Source: an uncultured delta proteobacterium | GTDB taxonomy: Bacteria; Desulfobacterota; RBG-13-43-22 | Length of the DNA: 64,000 bases | NCBI GenBank assembly: GCA_963711835.1 | Contig: CAVQFQ010000017.1 | Span: 608,001-672,000 of the forward strand | Direction: 5' to 3' | Shown here: piece after piece, positions 29,559 through 41,375 of the stretch | Layout of the letters: every line of letters starts with the position of its first letter | How positions within the stretch are numbered: the stretch's first letter is position 1 | Program-made: the position numbers and the translations under genes | Notes under the pieces: model-generated | Seen by the model: only the letters and a program-made list of their open reading frames with translations | Told to the model about the DNA's origin: nothing | Databases searched by the model: none

Positions 29559-30901
29559 CCAGGGCCTTGGCTCTCCAGGTCTTGCTGAAGGGACACCGAA
29601 GCCAGGCCTATCCGGATCAGATCCTGCGGGAGATGCTGGACCGATATCCCGACCTTTCCCTTCGTGACCGGGCCCTGGTCTATCAATTGGTTTTAGGAGT
29701 GCTTCGCTGGCAGGGGAAGATCGACTGGATTATCCGGCAGGTTTCCCTGAGACCTCTGGAAAAGCTGTCCCTGAAGACCCTGACCATTTTGCGTTTGGGG
29801 GTATTTCAACTCTTTTTCCTATCCCGCATACCCCCTTCGGCTGCCGTTAATGAATCGGTCAACCTGGCCAAGAACGGGGAGGAATGGTCAACCGGATTCA
29901 TCAATGGGGTGCTTCGATCCATCCTTCGGAGGAAAGAGAGCTTTCCCTTTCCCACCCCGGAAGATCCTATCCCCTACTTGGCCGTTAATTATTCCCACCC
30001 GGTTTGGCTGGTGGAAGAGTGGCTCCGGATTTGGGGTTTTGAAAAAACCCGGGAATTCTGCCAGGCCAACCTGGAGATCCCGCCCGCAACCCTTCGGGTC
30101 AATACCTTGAAAATCGGCCGGGATGTGCTGCTTCCTAAATTGCGCAGGTTGGCTTCCCAGACGGAGGCTGCGGCCTACTCCCCGGAAGGGGTAAGGATGA
30201 TCTCACCCCTCAAACCTTTGCAACAGACCGAATTTTTCAAAGAAGGCCTTTTCCAGATCCAAGACGAGGCATCCCAACTTATCAGCTTTATCCTGGATCC
30301 CCAGCCCGGAGAAAGGATCTTAGACCTGTGCGCCGGTTTTGGGGGGAAAGCCTCGCATCTGGCCCAGTTGATGAAGAACCGGGGGATCATCCGGGCTGTT
30401 GACCATAATCCCAGGAAATTAAAAGATCTGATGAAAAATGTTCACCGTCTGGGGGTTTCCATCATTCAAGGCTGGGTCGGGGATGCCGCCGGAGAGGACA
30501 TTTTTCCGAAAGACAGCCCTCCCTTTGATCGTATCCTGCTCGATGCGCCCTGCACCGGCTGGGGGGTGATCAGGCGCAATCCCGACCTTAAATGGCGGCT
30601 CACAGCCGAAGACAGTCCCCGTTTAGCCGACCGGCAAAACAAGTTCTTGCAAAAAGCCGCCAACTGGCTTAAATCGAAAGGTGTTCTGGTTTATGCCACA
30701 TGTACCCTGAGCCCGACGGAAAATGAGGAAGTGGTGGCCCGGTTTTTAAAGGAACATCCGGATTTCTCGCTGGAGGATGTTTCTCCTTTTTTACCCAGGA
30801 AGGCCAAAGGACTGGTGGACGGCCAAGGGTTTTATCGGACCTGGCCTCCCCTTCATGGAACGGACGGCTTTTTTGCCGCCCGGATGATAAAAAGCGGTTA
30901 G
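29549..30901 (+). CDS. rsmB: 16S rRNA m5C967 methyltransferase
   Basis: NusB-like N-terminus, QDEASQ, DLCAGFGGK, DAPCTG, YATCT. Confidence 0.95.
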   Translation: MALTRALALQVLLKGHRSQAYPDQILREMLDRYPDLSLRDRALVYQLVLGVLRWQGKIDWIIRQVSLRPLEKLSLKTLTILRLGVFQLFFLSRIPPSAAVNESVNLAKNGEEWSTGFINGVLRSILRRKESFPFPTPEDPIPYLAVNYSHPVWLVEEWLRIWGFEKTREFCQANLEIPPATLRVNTLKIGRDVLLPKLRRLASQTEAAAYSPEGVRMISPLKPLQQTEFFKEGLFQIQDEASQLISFILDPQPGERILDLCAGFGGKASHLAQLMKNRGIIRAVDHNPRKLKDLMKNVHRLGVSIIQGWVGDAAGEDIFPKDSPPFDRILLDAPCTGWGVIRRNPDLKWRLTAEDSPRLADRQNKFLQKAANWLKSKGVLVYATCTLSPTENEEVVARFLKEHPDFSLEDVSPFLPRKAKGLVDGQGFYRTWPPLHGTDGFFAARMIKSG

Positions 30902-31005
30902 CCCCCGGCAATCACCATTCAGGAAAAAAATAAACCTCCTGTGTTTGGGTAGTTGCCGATCGCTGAAAGCTGATAGCTCAACGCCAAAAATATAGGAGTT
31001 GTAAC

Positions 31006-31668
31006 ATGAGACGCATTGCCCCCTCGATACTTTCTGCAGACTTTGTTCGGCTTAAAGAAGAAATTCAGGCCGTGGAGGCCGCCGGCGCGGATTATCTTCA
31101 TATTGATGTCATGGACGGCCATTTTGTCCCCAACATCACCATTGGGCCGCCGGTAGTAGCGGCCGTCCGGAAAGTCACCCGCCTCCCTCTGGATGTACAT
31201 CTGATGATCGAAAACCCGGATCAGTATATTCCGGAATTTGCCAAGGCCGGAGCCACTATCCTGTCCGTCCACCAGGAGACCTGCCCCCACCTTAACCGAA
31301 CCATCAATCTGATCAAGGAATACGGCCTGATCCCAGCGGTAGTTTTGAATCCTTCCACCCCGATCTCCACCTTGGAGGATATCTTGGAAGAGGTGGACAT
31401 GGTCATGATCATGAGCGTCAATCCCGGTTTCGGAGGTCAGAAATTCATTCCCGGAACAATCAAGAAGATCCGCAACCTCAAAAGGATGATAAGGGAAAGG
31501 GGTTTAAACATAGATATTGAAATCGATGGAGGGGTTACTCCAAAAAATGTAGGCCAAGTCTGTGAAGCCGGGGCGGATGTGGTGGTGGCCGGTTCGGCTA
31601 TTTTTCATACCCCCGACTACCGGAAGACGATGGCCTTATTCAGGGCCGAAATGGGGGAGGGTGCCTAA
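31006..31668 (+). CDS. rpe: Ribulose-phosphate 3-epimerase
   Basis: [32 protein letters not shown]. Confidence 0.97.
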   Translation: MRRIAPSILSADFVRLKEEIQAVEAAGADYLHIDVMDGHFVPNITIGPPVVAAVRKVTRLPLDVHLMIENPDQYIPEFAKAGATILSVHQETCPHLNRTINLIKEYGLIPAVVLNPSTPISTLEDILEEVDMVMIMSVNPGFGGQKFIPGTIKKIRNLKRMIRERGLNIDIEIDGGVTPKNVGQVCEAGADVVVAGSAIFHTPDYRKTMALFRAEMGEGA

Positions 31669-31727
31669 CTTTTCGAACCCTTTTTTTAATTAATGCTGCT
31701 CCGAAAATAACCCTTTCCGGATCCCCA

Positions 31728-33708
<1,981 letters not shown>

Positions 33709-33723
33709 TCTCTCCCCATGCTT

Positions 33724-34101
33724 TCAACCCTGCTCCTCCCAATAGGAAGCGCAGGCGCTATCCGATTCCCAGACCGCGACCTTGCTGATCCGGGTTTGTG
33801 AATCGTCCAGAAGACGGCTCAATTCCCTGAAGAGATAGCGGGCGATATTTTCCGAAGATGGGTTTTCCTGTTGAAAATAGGCCTGGTCGTTCAAATAGGT
33901 ATGATCCAATCGCTGCAAAACTTCCCGGGTAATGGCCTTGATTTCTCCAAAGTCCTTAACCAGTCCGGTTTCATCCGGTTGAGAAGCCCGGACATAGACT
34001 TCCACCTTCCAGTTGTGCCCATGGAGTTGCTCGCATTTCCCTTTAAAGCCCCTCAAATGATGGGCCGCTGCAAACTGGGTGATTATTTTTAATTCATACA
34101 T
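33724..34101 (-). CDS. queD: 6-carboxytetrahydropterin synthase
   Basis: FAAAH...CEQLHGHNW, NPSSENIA. Confidence 0.93.
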   Translation of the reverse strand: MYELKIITQFAAAHHLRGFKGKCEQLHGHNWKVEVYVRASQPDETGLVKDFGEIKAITREVLQRLDHTYLNDQAYFQQENPSSENIARYLFRELSRLLDDSQTRISKVAVWESDSACASYWEEQG

Positions 34102-34103
34102 GA

Positions 34104-34316
34104 TCAGGCCATCCCGGCCGTTTTCAGGATTTTAAGACGATTTTGAAATTTCTGACCCAAGGCCCTCAAGTCCACCTGCAGGCTGGCCATATCCTGGTGC
34201 CTTTTGGCCAGAATCCGTTCCACTTCGGACATCCAATACTGGACCACTTCAATCTCTTTTTTTGAGAGCTCTTCCTGAAGCCGCTGATTGATCTGCTTGA
34301 TAAGGGCCTGATCCAT
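34104..34316 (-). CDS. Small helical hypothetical protein
   Basis: 70-aa ORF ending 2 bp before the queD start. Confidence 0.6.
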   Translation of the reverse strand: MDQALIKQINQRLQEELSKKEIEVVQYWMSEVERILAKRHQDMASLQVDLRALGQKFQNRLKILKTAGMA

Positions 34317-34476
34317 GGGGAATAGGTTCTCTTTCTACGGGTTGTAATGAATTTTTTAGGAAAAATGGCAATGGGTTTAATATTTCATAGGATTCAGGCG
34401 AAGTCAAGGCCTTGCTGATTTCTGAAAGCTACTTGAGGGTTGACATAGCGCGAGGGAAGTGCTACTTTCCAAGACT

Positions 34477-36192
34477 ATGAAAAATACAAGGAACTTAACC
34501 CTAACGAAGGCTCTGTTTGGAAGTCTTTTTTTGCTTTCTTTGATCCTGCCGGGGGCAGGGATTGAGACGGCCTGGTCTGCCGAAGCCAGCCGGGTGGCCA
34601 TACTGCCCTTTGCCATCAACGCCTCCGACAAGCTGGACTATCTGAAGGAAGGCCTTCAGGATATGCTGGCCTCCCGTCTGGCCTGGGAGAACAAGGTACT
34701 GGTCCTGGACCGTCTTCAGGTTCAGAAGGCTCAGGAAAAGTTTCCCGGACCGGTGGATGAGAAAAAAGCCCTCCTGATCGGCAAGGAGTTACATCTGGAT
34801 TACCTCCTCTGGGGGAGCGCCACCATCATCGGGACCGGCATCAGCCTTGACGTCAGCCTGGCCGACCTTTCCGACCAGCGGCCTCCCTTGAAATTTTTTT
34901 CTCAGGCCAAAGGGATGGATGAGGTAATTGTCAGGGTCAATGAGCTGTCCGATGATATCAACGAAAAGGTCTTTAAACGACCCCGGTCCTATGCGGCGGC
35001 CGCCTCACGGGGGGAATCCGTTTCTTCCGGAACCGGAGCGGCGCCCGCTTCCCCGGCTGCTTCCGAGAGATCTCCTCTGGCCTTGAAGGATTTTACCATC
35101 AATACCCTTTCCCCGCAGATTATTCTGAATGCCGGAGGTTTTGATGTGGCCGGTCTCTGGCGCAGCGCCATCCTGCCCTATGCCCTCCGGGACCTGGCCT
35201 TTGGAGACCTGGACGGCGATGGGAAGATTGAAACCGTTATTATCAGTCAAAACAAGGTCTATATTTACCGCTATGTTCAGGACAAGTTTGAACTGGTCAA
35301 GGAGATAGCCGGACAGCGGTTCGATAATTATATCGCCGTGGATGCGGGCGATATCCATGGGACCGGCCGGGCCCAGATTTTTGTTACCAATTACCATTCC
35401 GGAACTCCAAAATCCCTGACCCTGGCCTGGGATAATGGGGACTATAAGGTGCTGGCCAGGGATATCCCCTACCATTTGCGTATTCACCAGCTGCCCGGTC
35501 GGGGGGCGGTTCTTTTGGGTCAAAAAAAAGTTCGGGATATCCCCTTCTATCCCGAAGTTCACATCCTGACCTGGAAAGGCCGGGAATATGTCTCGGTTGA
35601 AAAATTGGAGGTGGCCGAAGGGGCAACTGTTTTTAATTTTGTTTTTGCCGACCTGAACAACGACGGCTCCACCGAGATCGCTCATCTCAGCCGCAATGAC
35701 CGGCTGATGGTCCTGAGTCCGAAATGGAAAACGGAATATATCAGCAGCGACCTTTACGGGGGCACCGTTAATTTTGTACTAGGGACCGAGGAATCAAACA
35801 CGTTCACCTCTACGATCATGTCGGAACAGGCCAACCGCCACTATGTCCCGGCCCGCCTGGTGGTCACCCCGGTTTTGGATCCGGGGAAAAACGAGCTGAT
35901 TGTCAATAAGAATAAGGGGTCTTTTCAGAACAGTATCCTGGACCGCTTTCGCTCCTATTCCAGCGGGGAGATATATTCCTTAAGCTGGGACGGGGCCGGC
36001 TTCAAAGAAAACTGGCGGACCCAGGTGATTCCCGATTATGTGGCCAATTACGGAGTGGCCCAATTCAAGAACAATGGGCGGCGTCAACTGGTGGTCGGGG
36101 TGGTTCAATCCCGAGGATTTCCTTTTGTCTCCGACGCCCGGAGTGTGCTATACTGCTATGAGTTGGGCCTGGTGAAACCCAGTCAACGTTAG
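34477..36192 (+). CDS. Secreted FG-GAP/VCBS-repeat protein
   Basis: Signal peptide, RVAILPF N-terminal domain, GDLDGDG and ADLNNDG repeats. Confidence 0.8.
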   Translation: MKNTRNLTLTKALFGSLFLLSLILPGAGIETAWSAEASRVAILPFAINASDKLDYLKEGLQDMLASRLAWENKVLVLDRLQVQKAQEKFPGPVDEKKALLIGKELHLDYLLWGSATIIGTGISLDVSLADLSDQRPPLKFFSQAKGMDEVIVRVNELSDDINEKVFKRPRSYAAAASRGESVSSGTGAAPASPAASERSPLALKDFTINTLSPQIILNAGGFDVAGLWRSAILPYALRDLAFGDLDGDGKIETVIISQNKVYIYRYVQDKFELVKEIAGQRFDNYIAVDAGDIHGTGRAQIFVTNYHSGTPKSLTLAWDNGDYKVLARDIPYHLRIHQLPGRGAVLLGQKKVRDIPFYPEVHILTWKGREYVSVEKLEVAEGATVFNFVFADLNNDGSTEIAHLSRNDRLMVLSPKWKTEYISSDLYGGTVNFVLGTEESNTFTSTIMSEQANRHYVPARLVVTPVLDPGKNELIVNKNKGSFQNSILDRFRSYSSGEIYSLSWDGAGFKENWRTQVIPDYVANYGVAQFKNNGRRQLVVGVVQSRGFPFVSDARSVLYCYELGLVKPSQR

Positions 36193-36201
36193 CCTATCCG
36201 T

Positions 36202-36278
36202 GGCGGTGTAGCTCAGGTGGTCAGAGCATGCGGCTCATATCCGCAGTGTCCGGGGTTCAAATCCCTGCACCGCCACCA
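36202..36278 (+). tRNA. tRNA-Met(CAT), elongator type
   Basis: Acceptor stem GGCGGTG/CACCGCC with encoded CCA; anticodon arm TGCGG-CTCATAT-CCGCA; T-loop GGTTCAAATCC. Confidence 0.95.
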
Positions 36279-36447
36279 TCTTTTAACCCCTTTTAGCCAG
36301 GCATTCTTAACCCTATCGGCCATGGAACGCATCTTCTTTACCTTTTATTTTTGCTTTTCTGAAGGCGGATGCCCGAGGAAGGAAACCCTCCTGCCTTCCT
36401 GAGCGGATGAAACGGGCGGTCGCCGAAAGCGCTGCCCTGGGTTTTTT

Positions 36448-36484
36448 AAAGGCCTTGGGCGATCGCCCCAAGGCCTTTTTTTTT
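36448..36484 (+). terminator. Intrinsic terminator
   Basis: AAAGGCCTTGGG-CGATCGC-CCCAAGGCCTTT followed by a long T-run. Confidence 0.8.
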
Positions 36485-36570
36485 GATGAAACCTGATCCG
36501 TTCGTATCACCCCGACCCCCTTATTGGGAAGTCAGAGATAAATTTTTGAAACAGGCTGATTGAACAACAC

Positions 36571-38169
36571 ATGACACAAAAAAACAGCCTCTATCTGCCG
36601 GCCAAGCAGGTGGAAAAAAAATTCCAGGAAGCCGGTTTGGGCTTAAAAGAAACCCTGGCTTTGATAGAAATGACCTGGCAGGATTCAGGGCAGGGATCCG
36701 CCCCGGGGCCTTTTAGCGATCTTTTCAGCGGACTGGATCATTTGACCCGGCATACCGTCCAGGGCAGCCGGATCAAGCGTTATAAACCGGGCGGACCAGG
36801 CCGGCCGTTTCAGACCTTCGAAGTCTATACCGCCGAGGGGGAGGTCCTGGCCTACCTGAATATGCTTTACCTGAGAAAGCCTCTACCCTGCTATTATCTG
36901 GTTTACGTTGAGGTGACGCCCGCTTTTCGAGGGAAAGGATTGGGCAATCGCATTCTGGCGGCCTTCCGGGATTTTGTAGAAGATAAGGGGGCCCTCGGCC
37001 TTTTGGATAATATCATTCCGCCAGAGGATCCCACCTTCGACCTGTATGCCAAACTGGGCTGGCTTCCTATTGAAACCTGGCTGAGCTCCCAGGAGGACAT
37101 GACCCAGGGACACTATATGATCACTATCCCTTCGACCCTCAAGACCGACCAGTTTAGGCTAAAACTTCCCAAGCTGCTCTTCAATCTCAAGAAGAAAAGA
37201 CCGGTTATCGACATGCAGGACAACGAGTTGATGGTCCAAAGGACCATCCAGGAATTCCATCAGATTTACCAGGCCCTGGAAAAACTGTTTCAGGCGGAAC
37301 TCACGGCCGGCCGCTCCAGCCCTTTGATGCGCTTTATGTTTACCAAATTTACGACCCGGCTGTTGGGTTTTCGGCGCCGCATCCAGGAACTGTTAGGCTA
37401 TACCGGTGGCGAGTCTCTGGAGCAGATCGTTCTCTCTCCGACGGTCTGTGCTTTACCGATTCAATCCCATACCTTTGAGCCCAACCCGGCCGGCCGGCTG
37501 CAGCTTTTCGGAAAGGCCGCTTTCTGGCAATCCCTGCCGGACTTTTTACGGGAAAACCCTACCTCTTCCATCGAGGGTCTACCCCTTTACCAACGCCCTT
37601 TTTTAATCCAATGGATGAAAGCCCACCAGCGGACCGAGCCCCTGAAATTAACCATTGCCGACCTCCTGGACCTCGGATTCGATCCCACCCGGCTCCGGGA
37701 ATTCCGGCACCAAGGACAGGCCATTATCTTTGAACGGGTCTCTCCTGCTCTCCTAACCGGAGTAAAAGTGAGAGGAGCCCTCCTGGAAAAAATTGGCCGA
37801 AAAACCTCCGGTCTTCGTCTGAACGGGACCCAAATGCGGATCAATCCCATACTGGTCTGGATTCTGGACCGGGGCAATGGGTATATTCTGCGCCAGAAGA
37901 TAGCCGGGATTCACTGGGAAGAGGCAGCGGCTCAATGCCGGGAGAATCCCCAGTTGGCTTCTCTTAACCGGCAGCTCTCTCTGGATCAGAAAATCAGCCG
38001 GACCGTTCGTGATCTCAGGGATTGGATTCAAGATCATATCCGTTTTCCGAAAAAAACCTCCCTGGCGGATCTGGCTTTTTTTATTCCCTGGAACATAGAA
38101 AGCAATCGCCCCCTGTTTTCCATTGACGATGCCAACCAGCCCTATCTGGAAATGGTCTGGATTGCCTAA
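36571..38169 (+). CDS. GNAT-domain protein with a large uncharacterised C-terminal region
   Basis: VEVTPAFRGKGLGNRIL motif A and LYAKLGW; about 330 further residues unassigned. Confidence 0.7.
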   Translation: MTQKNSLYLPAKQVEKKFQEAGLGLKETLALIEMTWQDSGQGSAPGPFSDLFSGLDHLTRHTVQGSRIKRYKPGGPGRPFQTFEVYTAEGEVLAYLNMLYLRKPLPCYYLVYVEVTPAFRGKGLGNRILAAFRDFVEDKGALGLLDNIIPPEDPTFDLYAKLGWLPIETWLSSQEDMTQGHYMITIPSTLKTDQFRLKLPKLLFNLKKKRPVIDMQDNELMVQRTIQEFHQIYQALEKLFQAELTAGRSSPLMRFMFTKFTTRLLGFRRRIQELLGYTGGESLEQIVLSPTVCALPIQSHTFEPNPAGRLQLFGKAAFWQSLPDFLRENPTSSIEGLPLYQRPFLIQWMKAHQRTEPLKLTIADLLDLGFDPTRLREFRHQGQAIIFERVSPALLTGVKVRGALLEKIGRKTSGLRLNGTQMRINPILVWILDRGNGYILRQKIAGIHWEEAAAQCRENPQLASLNRQLSLDQKISRTVRDLRDWIQDHIRFPKKTSLADLAFFIPWNIESNRPLFSIDDANQPYLEMVWIA

Positions 38170-38180
38170 CCTTTTTGGAC

Positions 38181-38468
38181 TCGTTCAAAAGGTCTGGCCT
38201 TATTCCCGATTCACGACGGCAGGGGACCGGGGGTCTCGAATTTAAGGCTTGTCCAAAGGGGGACCCTTCCCACCAATCCGGCCCAGATTTCTAAGTTGGT
38301 TTAGAGCCGGGCCTTCACCCACCCGGACAAACAGCTTTGGTGGAGGCCTGCTTAAAGCATTATCGTCACCTTTCCAGTCCCGCTAAAAGCGGGATTTCAA
38401 AGTGAGGAGTTTATGGTGGACAACCTTAAAATCGAGACCCCCGGTCCCCTGCTCTATCTTTTGAACGA
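38181..38468. mobile_element. Nested inverted-repeat element, copy B
   Basis: Outer IR TCGTTCAAAAG/CTTTTGAACGA; inner IR 38219-38452; core nearly identical to copy A. Confidence 0.85.
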
Positions 38469-38571
38469 TAGGGACCCCCTTCTTCCTTGTCCCCCTCTTG
38501 AATTTTACTTGACAGAAGGACCCCGACAGGAATAATTTTAATGAAATTTTATTGTGTTAGAGGATCGGCGG

Positions 38572-39252
38572 ATGAATTGCGGATTAAAAAAGATGACGGC
38601 TGTTTTCGGGATAATTTTTCTTTGGGCTGCTTTCGGAATTGCCGGGACGCCCTCGCTTCAACTCAAGGAAACGAACTACGATTTCGGGGAGGTCGAGGAA
38701 GGGGCGGTTGTCAGCCATGACTTTGAACTCCGGAATACCGGTTCCGATCCCCTGGAGATTATCGAAGTCCGTCCGGGCTGAGGCTGTGCCGTGGCCCATT
38801 TCGATCGGGTCATCCCTCCTGGTGGGGAGGGTAAAATTACCTTAAAGGTTGATCTGAAAGGATACCAGGGTAAAGTCTGGAAATCGGCTACCGTCACCAG
38901 TAATGACCCTCAAAAGCCATCTCTTCATTTGAATCTTCAGGGAAAGGTCAAGCCCTGGATTGAAATCCGGCCTTCCCGAGTAATTCACTTCCGAAAAGCG
39001 TTAGGGGGTGAAGATGAAAAATCGATTGATTTGATCGGTTCTGGCCAACCTTTTTCGGTCCTCAGGGTGGAAACCACGCTGACTGAGAAAATACGCTTTC
39101 AAGTAGAAACGGTTGTTGAGAAAAAACATTACCGCCTCAAAGTCGCTCCCTTGGTAAAACAGGGAAGCTATGCCGGCACCCTCAAATGTGTTACGGATCA
39201 CCCGAAAAAACCCGAAATCCTCCTTCAAGTTATAGGTCAATTCGATAGTTAA
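38572..39252 (+). CDS. DUF1573 (Ig-like) exported protein with in-frame UGA, probable selenoprotein
   Basis: ORFs 38554..38781 and 38791..39252 are in frame: YDFGEV...NTGSDPLEIIEVRPG-UGA-GCAVA...IPPGGEGKI; UGA sits at the first Cys of the CGC motif. Confidence 0.75.
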
Positions 39253-39262
39253 AAATGGTTAC

Positions 39263-40486
39263 ATGCACCTACTCGCACTGACCCATCTCTTTTATCCGGC
39301 CCGGGGAGGAACTGAAATCGCCCTCCTGGAGCTTTCCAAGAAATTGGTGGAGAAAGGGCATCGGGTTACGGTTCTGACCTCCAACCAGCTCTCCCTGGAG
39401 GCTTTTAGAAATCCTCAAACCAATACTCATCTGGCTCAAAAGGAATCGGCCAAGGGAATCCAAATTTGCCGTCTGCCCCTCTCCAATAGGCAGCGGCTGT
39501 TTTGGGCCAAATTGGGGGCCCTGTTCCTGCGCAGCCGGGTGCCCGGAGGGGATTACCTCTGGTTCATGGCGCATCTGCCCTACTTGCCTCAGATGATTTC
39601 CCGGGCCAGGACCCTTAAACCGGATATCCTGTATGCAGTGCCATTTCCTACGGCCACTCCGTTTTACGCCCGTATGGCCGCCAAGACCCTCAGGTGCCCC
39701 TGGGTGATCCAGCCCCATCTGCACCCCTCCGATATCAATGGCTCTCTGCGCAAAATCATCCGTTGGTTGTTTCCCCAGGCCAGCGCCGTGGTTGTCAATA
39801 CCAGGGCCGAACAGGATTTTTTAATCAATTTGGGCCTGTCAAAAGATAAGCTGCCCGTCATAGGCCAGGGGATTGACCTCTCGCCTCTCCAAACCGGCGG
39901 CCAGACCAACATCAGGACTCGCCTGGGATTAAACCAGGAACCGCTGATCCTTTTCATGGGACGCAAAGTAGAAAAAAAGGGCCTCGATACCCTTCTGAAA
40001 TCCATGCCTTTTGTCTGGAAGGATCACCCTGAAGCCCGGCTGATCCTGGCGGGTCAAAGCAGCCCCTATTTCCAAGCCCTTTGGCACAGCCAACCGGAAA
40101 CTTCGGATCGGCGGATCATTTCCCTGGACGATTTTGCGGAAGATGAAAAGGCCGCCCTGTTGGCCGCCTGTGATCTGTTGGTATTACCCTCCCAGGCGGA
40201 AAGTTTTGGAATCGTTTATTTAGAAGCCTGGGCCCTGGGGAAACCGGTCATCGGGGCCAGGGTCCCGGCTGTGGAGGCCTTGATTGATGAAGAGGCGGAC
40301 GGTTTACTGGTCCCCTTTGATGATCCCTCCCAATTGGCAGCTCAGATACTGAGACTCATAAATGATCCTGACCTTAGAAAAAGCCTGGGGGAAAAGGGGC
40401 GCCATAAAGTGGAAACCCATTATGAAATCCACCAGGTGGCTGATCGGTTCGAGGCCTTTCTGAACCAGTTGGGGGGTGCTAGATGA
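39263..40486 (+). CDS. Glycosyltransferase family 4
   Basis: GGTE, GRKVEKKG, PSQAESFGIVYLEAW. Confidence 0.92.
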   Translation: MHLLALTHLFYPARGGTEIALLELSKKLVEKGHRVTVLTSNQLSLEAFRNPQTNTHLAQKESAKGIQICRLPLSNRQRLFWAKLGALFLRSRVPGGDYLWFMAHLPYLPQMISRARTLKPDILYAVPFPTATPFYARMAAKTLRCPWVIQPHLHPSDINGSLRKIIRWLFPQASAVVVNTRAEQDFLINLGLSKDKLPVIGQGIDLSPLQTGGQTNIRTRLGLNQEPLILFMGRKVEKKGLDTLLKSMPFVWKDHPEARLILAGQSSPYFQALWHSQPETSDRRIISLDDFAEDEKAALLAACDLLVLPSQAESFGIVYLEAWALGKPVIGARVPAVEALIDEEADGLLVPFDDPSQLAAQILRLINDPDLRKSLGEKGRHKVETHYEIHQVADRFEAFLNQLGGAR

Positions 40487-41361
40487 ATCCGGCCGGCAAC
40501 ATTTCCGTGGTAATCTGCACCCTGAATCGGGAAGATTCCCTGGTTCATGTCCTGGAACTGCTTAAAACACAGGAGACCCAACCCAAAGAGATACTGGTGA
40601 TCGATCAAAGCCGGGAACACCGACCCGAGACCTGGAAATACTTACATGACAACCAATACCGGATTCGCCGACTGACGCTGCCCCATCCCTCCACCACCGC
40701 CGCCCGAAACCTGGCCCGCAAAGAGGTCCAGGGGGATATCGTGCTCTTCCTCGATGACGACGTTCTTTTCCAGCCCGGCCTGGTCGGTTTTCACCTCGAA
40801 AATTATCAGGATCCGGCTGTCGGGGCCGTTAGCGGCAAGGTCCTCTATGACGGTTCCCGGGAAAATGATGAACCCTGGGCCGCCCGTTTGACGCCCAGCG
40901 GAAAATACCTCCGGAACTTTACCACCAACCGGCGCTGCTTCGTCCCCACCCTCTACGGCTGCAACATGTCCCTGCGGAGAAAGGTCTTGCAGGAGGTGGG
41001 GGAGTTCGATCTGAACTACTGGGGGAATTTTTTATGGGAGGAGGTGGATTATGCTTTGGAGGTTCGCCGGCACGGCTTTCAGATTGTCTATGATCCCCGG
41101 GCGGCGGTCTTTCATGTCATGGTTAAACAGGGCGGCAGCAGAAACCCTCCTCCGGGACCTTATCTGGAGAGTACGATCTTTAATGACTGGTATTTTTTCT
41201 TTAAACATTTCCCCGGCAAATATTGGCCTTTTCTCCTTTACCGGCAGAAGAGGACCTGGCTTCGCTATGGACAGCAACGATTTGGAAATGTGCTGCCGTT
41301 GATCAGACAGATCTATCGGGCCTTTCAAAAGGCCGGACATAAAATAGCAACAATTTCCTGA
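40483..41361 (+). CDS. Glycosyltransferase family 2
   Basis: ISVVICTLNR, FLDDD, EEVDY. Confidence 0.9.
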   Translation: MNPAGNISVVICTLNREDSLVHVLELLKTQETQPKEILVIDQSREHRPETWKYLHDNQYRIRRLTLPHPSTTAARNLARKEVQGDIVLFLDDDVLFQPGLVGFHLENYQDPAVGAVSGKVLYDGSRENDEPWAARLTPSGKYLRNFTTNRRCFVPTLYGCNMSLRRKVLQEVGEFDLNYWGNFLWEEVDYALEVRRHGFQIVYDPRAAVFHVMVKQGGSRNPPPGPYLESTIFNDWYFFFKHFPGKYWPFLLYRQKRTWLRYGQQRFGNVLPLIRQIYRAFQKAGHKIATIS

Positions 41362-41375
41362 CAGCCGGGATTGCC

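Noticed and set aside
36202-38468. Prophage or island integrated at tRNA-Met
   Set aside because: No integrase, no duplicated tRNA 3' end and no phage genes seen.
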